Positions 25,901 through 27,299 of a stretch of 27,299 nucleotides of DNA are shown piece after piece (the first letter of the stretch is position 1; every line of letters begins with the position of its first letter). Below the pieces are notes generated by a model. It made no database searches, had not been told where the DNA came from, and saw nothing but the letters and a program-made list of their open reading frames with translations. The position numbers were made by a program, and so were the translations under genes. The stretch comes from an uncultured archaeon (lineage in GTDB: Archaea > Asgardarchaeota > Heimdallarchaeia > Heimdallarchaeales > Kariarchaeaceae): contig CAZYCQ010000022.1 in NCBI GenBank assembly GCA_964645535.1, positions 1-27,299 on the forward strand, read 5' to 3'.

Positions 25901-27083
25901 AGTTGTTTTCCAGCAATCTTGATGCCAAAACAGCCTGTGCAGTGTGGATCATCGTTGGTACATCGCTTGGATAATCTCCGAATCCATAGGTGGGCGTAGG
26001 GGGAAAAAGCACAAATTCTAATGCACCAGAGAGGTCGACCGTATGTGGAAGCAAGCCTAATTTTTGGAGGTTTGCAATTATTCGAATGGAAAAGAAGGTA
26101 CTTTCTATATTTGGGGATGCGTCATTGCTGCTGGAAAGAAATCCAGAATTGGGTTCCTGATTTCCAATGATGTAATTGAACGCATTTTCAAGAAAATCCG
26201 TTGGAAATTCTCCTAAAAGGTTGGGTGCGTTTTCTCTGACCAATAGGTAGTACTCGATTGCCCTGACAGAAAATCCTGTTCGGGGCAGTCCTCCAATGTA
26301 CCCGGCAACTCCTCCGTTAGGGGAAGTCAAGGTGGAAATGAATCGAACAACATTGGTCAGATATGGATCGGTCTGGTTGAGAAGCACAAATGAGGCAAAA
26401 GCATAGTATGAAGCAAGTAGCTCTGCTGTTCCATTGGTCACCTCAGAATATCCACTTCCTGAAGTAATGAAGACAGGTTCCACATAGTTTCCCCTGAGGT
26501 AATCATCTACCCCTGTGGTATTCAGTTGCCGTTCAAAAGACCCAAAATGGTCATTCAACCATTTAGAGATCTGCAGGGCTCGATAAGTAGAAGTCACATC
26601 TGGTACGTCCCAATTCAAAAGGGGAAAGAACCCTCCTTCTGAAGTCTTCAGAAGGTTAAGAAAATCGATGACTTTCTGTGCCTCTGTCTTGTTGAACCAG
26701 TTTGGATATTCTGTCAGGGCGAATAGGCTTATCGCTTGAAAAGTAGACTCCATTGAAGGGCGTGACCCTTTCCAATTGGCCCAATGTCCATTTTCATAAG
26801 CAGATCGCAGGAATTCATTACCTGCCTCTGTGAGATTTGCAATCTGATCCACAAAAATCGGTTCTCCAACTTCCAAAAAGTTGTATATTGAACCCAAAAC
26901 ATAGAAGACATCGTCCATTGCTCTGAATATCTGTGAACCATCGTCTTGTGAGAACTTAATGAAATGCCCTGCATTGAATGTTGGGGTCACTCCTGAAATG
27001 TCACTTGCCCAAACCTCTTGCCTCGGCTCTGCATTCATTGAGAGCGATAGCAGGATGATTATGGCAAGGACTTTGCGACTCAT
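22959..27083 (-). CDS. Fusion: signal peptide + prenyltransferase/squalene-oxidase-type repeats + beta-rich domain + 7TM_transglut/CapC-like membrane domain + alpha-L-glutamate ligase-related (RimK-like) ATP-grasp
   Basis: About 10 repeats of GG(F/Y)..(S/Y)T(F/Y)xA(L/I) at ~25200-26830. Membrane domain with GLETYGLFAPSVL and LFVPIIIL at ~24020-24640. ATP-grasp motifs RNRNYIAKYN, FVIKP..GGMGI, PDIRVIVFRGVPVMAMARLPT.ESDGKANLKQGA, GLGYAGVDIV, LEINKRPGLEIQNIN at ~23100-23945. Confidence 0.88.
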   Translation of the reverse strand: MSRKVLAIIILLSLSMNAEPRQEVWASDISGVTPTFNAGHFIKFSQDDGSQIFRAMDDVFYVLGSIYNFLEVGEPIFVDQIANLTEAGNEFLRSAYENGHWANWKGSRPSMESTFQAISLFALTEYPNWFNKTEAQKVIDFLNLLKTSEGGFFPLLNWDVPDVTSTYRALQISKWLNDHFGSFERQLNTTGVDDYLRGNYVEPVFITSGSGYSEVTNGTAELLASYYAFASFVLLNQTDPYLTNVVRFISTLTSPNGGVAGYIGGLPRTGFSVRAIEYYLLVRENAPNLLGEFPTDFLENAFNYIIGNQEPNSGFLSSSNDASPNIESTFFSIRIIANLQKLGLLPHTVDLSGALEFVLFPPTPTYGFGDYPSDVPTMIHTAQAVLASRLLENNSIIDPQVRKFLEDAFSTDDGGFGIRPGASARIKYTFYGILALRALGDPLLNHQEMVSFVEKSEVETGGIGQFPGAKLAYITHTYWGMSILKLLDAFETSSFNRTNLKNFLLRQQDPNTGFFKNSPLSSPSVISTFRATRLLLWLGYQVNSTRILQTLEQYRKPSGGYVNTLDRTQPTMEATYHAVALQKMLNASIDWESVLSFVDFLKNEDGGYGLRPGFTSRVSSTFFALRLIYEATEGERSNQDVEGGLPDVFSPLITQSFIPDLDNYKQFSGTYVVRAKIIDPESHIAAQYVEINWYSATVNRSMTINGTYDENGLFKYELGTFKEKGLVEFRIVAFDDSGNIAKTEWFYLVSIGISEGASQIQRNWIEFGIRVIPYLLTLVGMTDAITKYSRSRTYSKEEIKIMYTPKSKGNWTDTEIFNTFIVIMLMIGLATIGRLFLFEATFVLERSLFLFRFLLAIILILFTKYSLGLETYGLFAPSVLVISMIQIGPFWGTILFLNIFTLLYLVRVLISPYGFPVGFRIGIMMVFNITYLGVMELLGEIYRIPFLSSALFVPIIILPWITDRYVGNVEQNDHYMAFTRLLASLVVTWGAYYLMSNDTWVRFVALTPEIWVLLVAIILFYGRGRKYTFMDTRRFMRLFKKGEQPLSILIRNRNYIAKYNPPEVFQLINKFDMKLQFEKWNVPTPDLYGIVTEMREIPAIMERLVKESLFENGFVIKPTQSLGGMGIIVVQKRDERGNFLIGGETYAPQAISNEIQRIVQGEYLSTQTLAENDICIIEEKIVVDDFMAEISTGLPDIRVIVFRGVPVMAMARLPTSESDGKANLKQGAIGAGVDMETGEIFHAEWKQHPVEMHPDTRSRIIGRKIPYWKQILAVACLAHKSSGLGYAGVDIVLGKRGDETQIYVLEINKRPGLEIQNINQASLLNRLDFIEELAIDYRLKSPLACASMGIKLGKVWKEKDWQGTIKMLKQEDEQ

Positions 27084-27086
27084 GGC

Positions 27087-27299
27087 TCATCTCCGGATTT
27101 TCAGGATCAAAAGGGTAACCAGCGTGACCCCAATCGACCCTGCAACTACCAATACAAAAATGAGTTGCTGATTGTTTCCTGTTTGAATGGGTTGGGTCGG
27201 TGTTGAATTGACACTTGATGTGCTGGTTGTTGTATTCATCACCGTTTGACTTGTATTGGTGGGCTGTGCTGTGTCCGTTGGCTGGCTTGTATTGGTGGG
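27087..27299 (-). CDS. 3' end of a cell-surface protein: S/T/Q/P-rich linker, TM anchor, basic tail (5' part outside window)
   Basis: Not in the ORF track. Hand translation from 27299: PTNTSQPTDTAQPTNTSQTVMNTTTSTSSVNSTPTQPIQTGNNQQLIFVLVVAGSIGVTLVTLLILKIRR*. The stop lies 3 nt before the fusion ATG. Confidence 0.8.
   Translation of the reverse strand, partial: PTNTSQPTDTAQPTNTSQTVMNTTTSTSSVNSTPTQPIQTGNNQQLIFVLVVAGSIGVTLVTLLILKIRR
27250..27299. repeat. Intragenic repeat with 36-bp period
   Basis: CTTGTATTGGTGGG at 27250-27263 and 27286-27299, encoding PTNTS twice. Confidence 0.7.

Noticed and set aside
25200-26830. Repeat domain as a Rab geranylgeranyltransferase acting on the small GTPase
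   Set aside because: The domain follows a signal peptide and lacks the zinc-binding Cys, and the GTPase has no C-terminal cysteine.

Overview
Archaeal DNA, most likely from an Asgard archaeon. This is inferred from archaeal TATA boxes, a Rab-like small GTPase without a prenylation tail, a 7TM-longin/uDENN-like protein and a eukaryote-like ubiquitin cascade. Two tightly coupled minus-strand operons stand out. (1) 11216->5842: two paralogous ubiquitin-like proteins ending in -STAG plus a short propeptide, a Uba3-like E1, an E2 with two insertions, a JAMM/MPN+ isopeptidase, a multi-pass membrane RING E3, a tandem ribbon-helix-helix (RHH) protein and a ~29% lysine disordered protein. A convergent gene (5258-5836) appears to be a stand-alone paralog of the E3 membrane domain. 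(2) 27299->21829: an S/T-rich surface-anchored protein (truncated), a 1374-aa fusion (secreted prenyltransferase-type repeats + 7TM_transglut/CapC-like membrane domain + RimK-related ATP-grasp ligase) and a membrane-anchored transglutaminase-like enzyme with an intact catalytic triad. The rest comprises moaA, moeA, clpB, an M32 carboxypeptidase, a PflX-type radical SAM enzyme, a GNAT protein, a lone PD-(D/E)XK nuclease, several membrane proteins, and an RHH-wHTH gene preceded by a TGTCA/TGACA repeat array and ~1.3 kb of T/G-skewed non-coding DNA. No rRNA, tRNA, CRISPR array or transposase was recognised. All calls come from reading motifs by eye, with no database searches.
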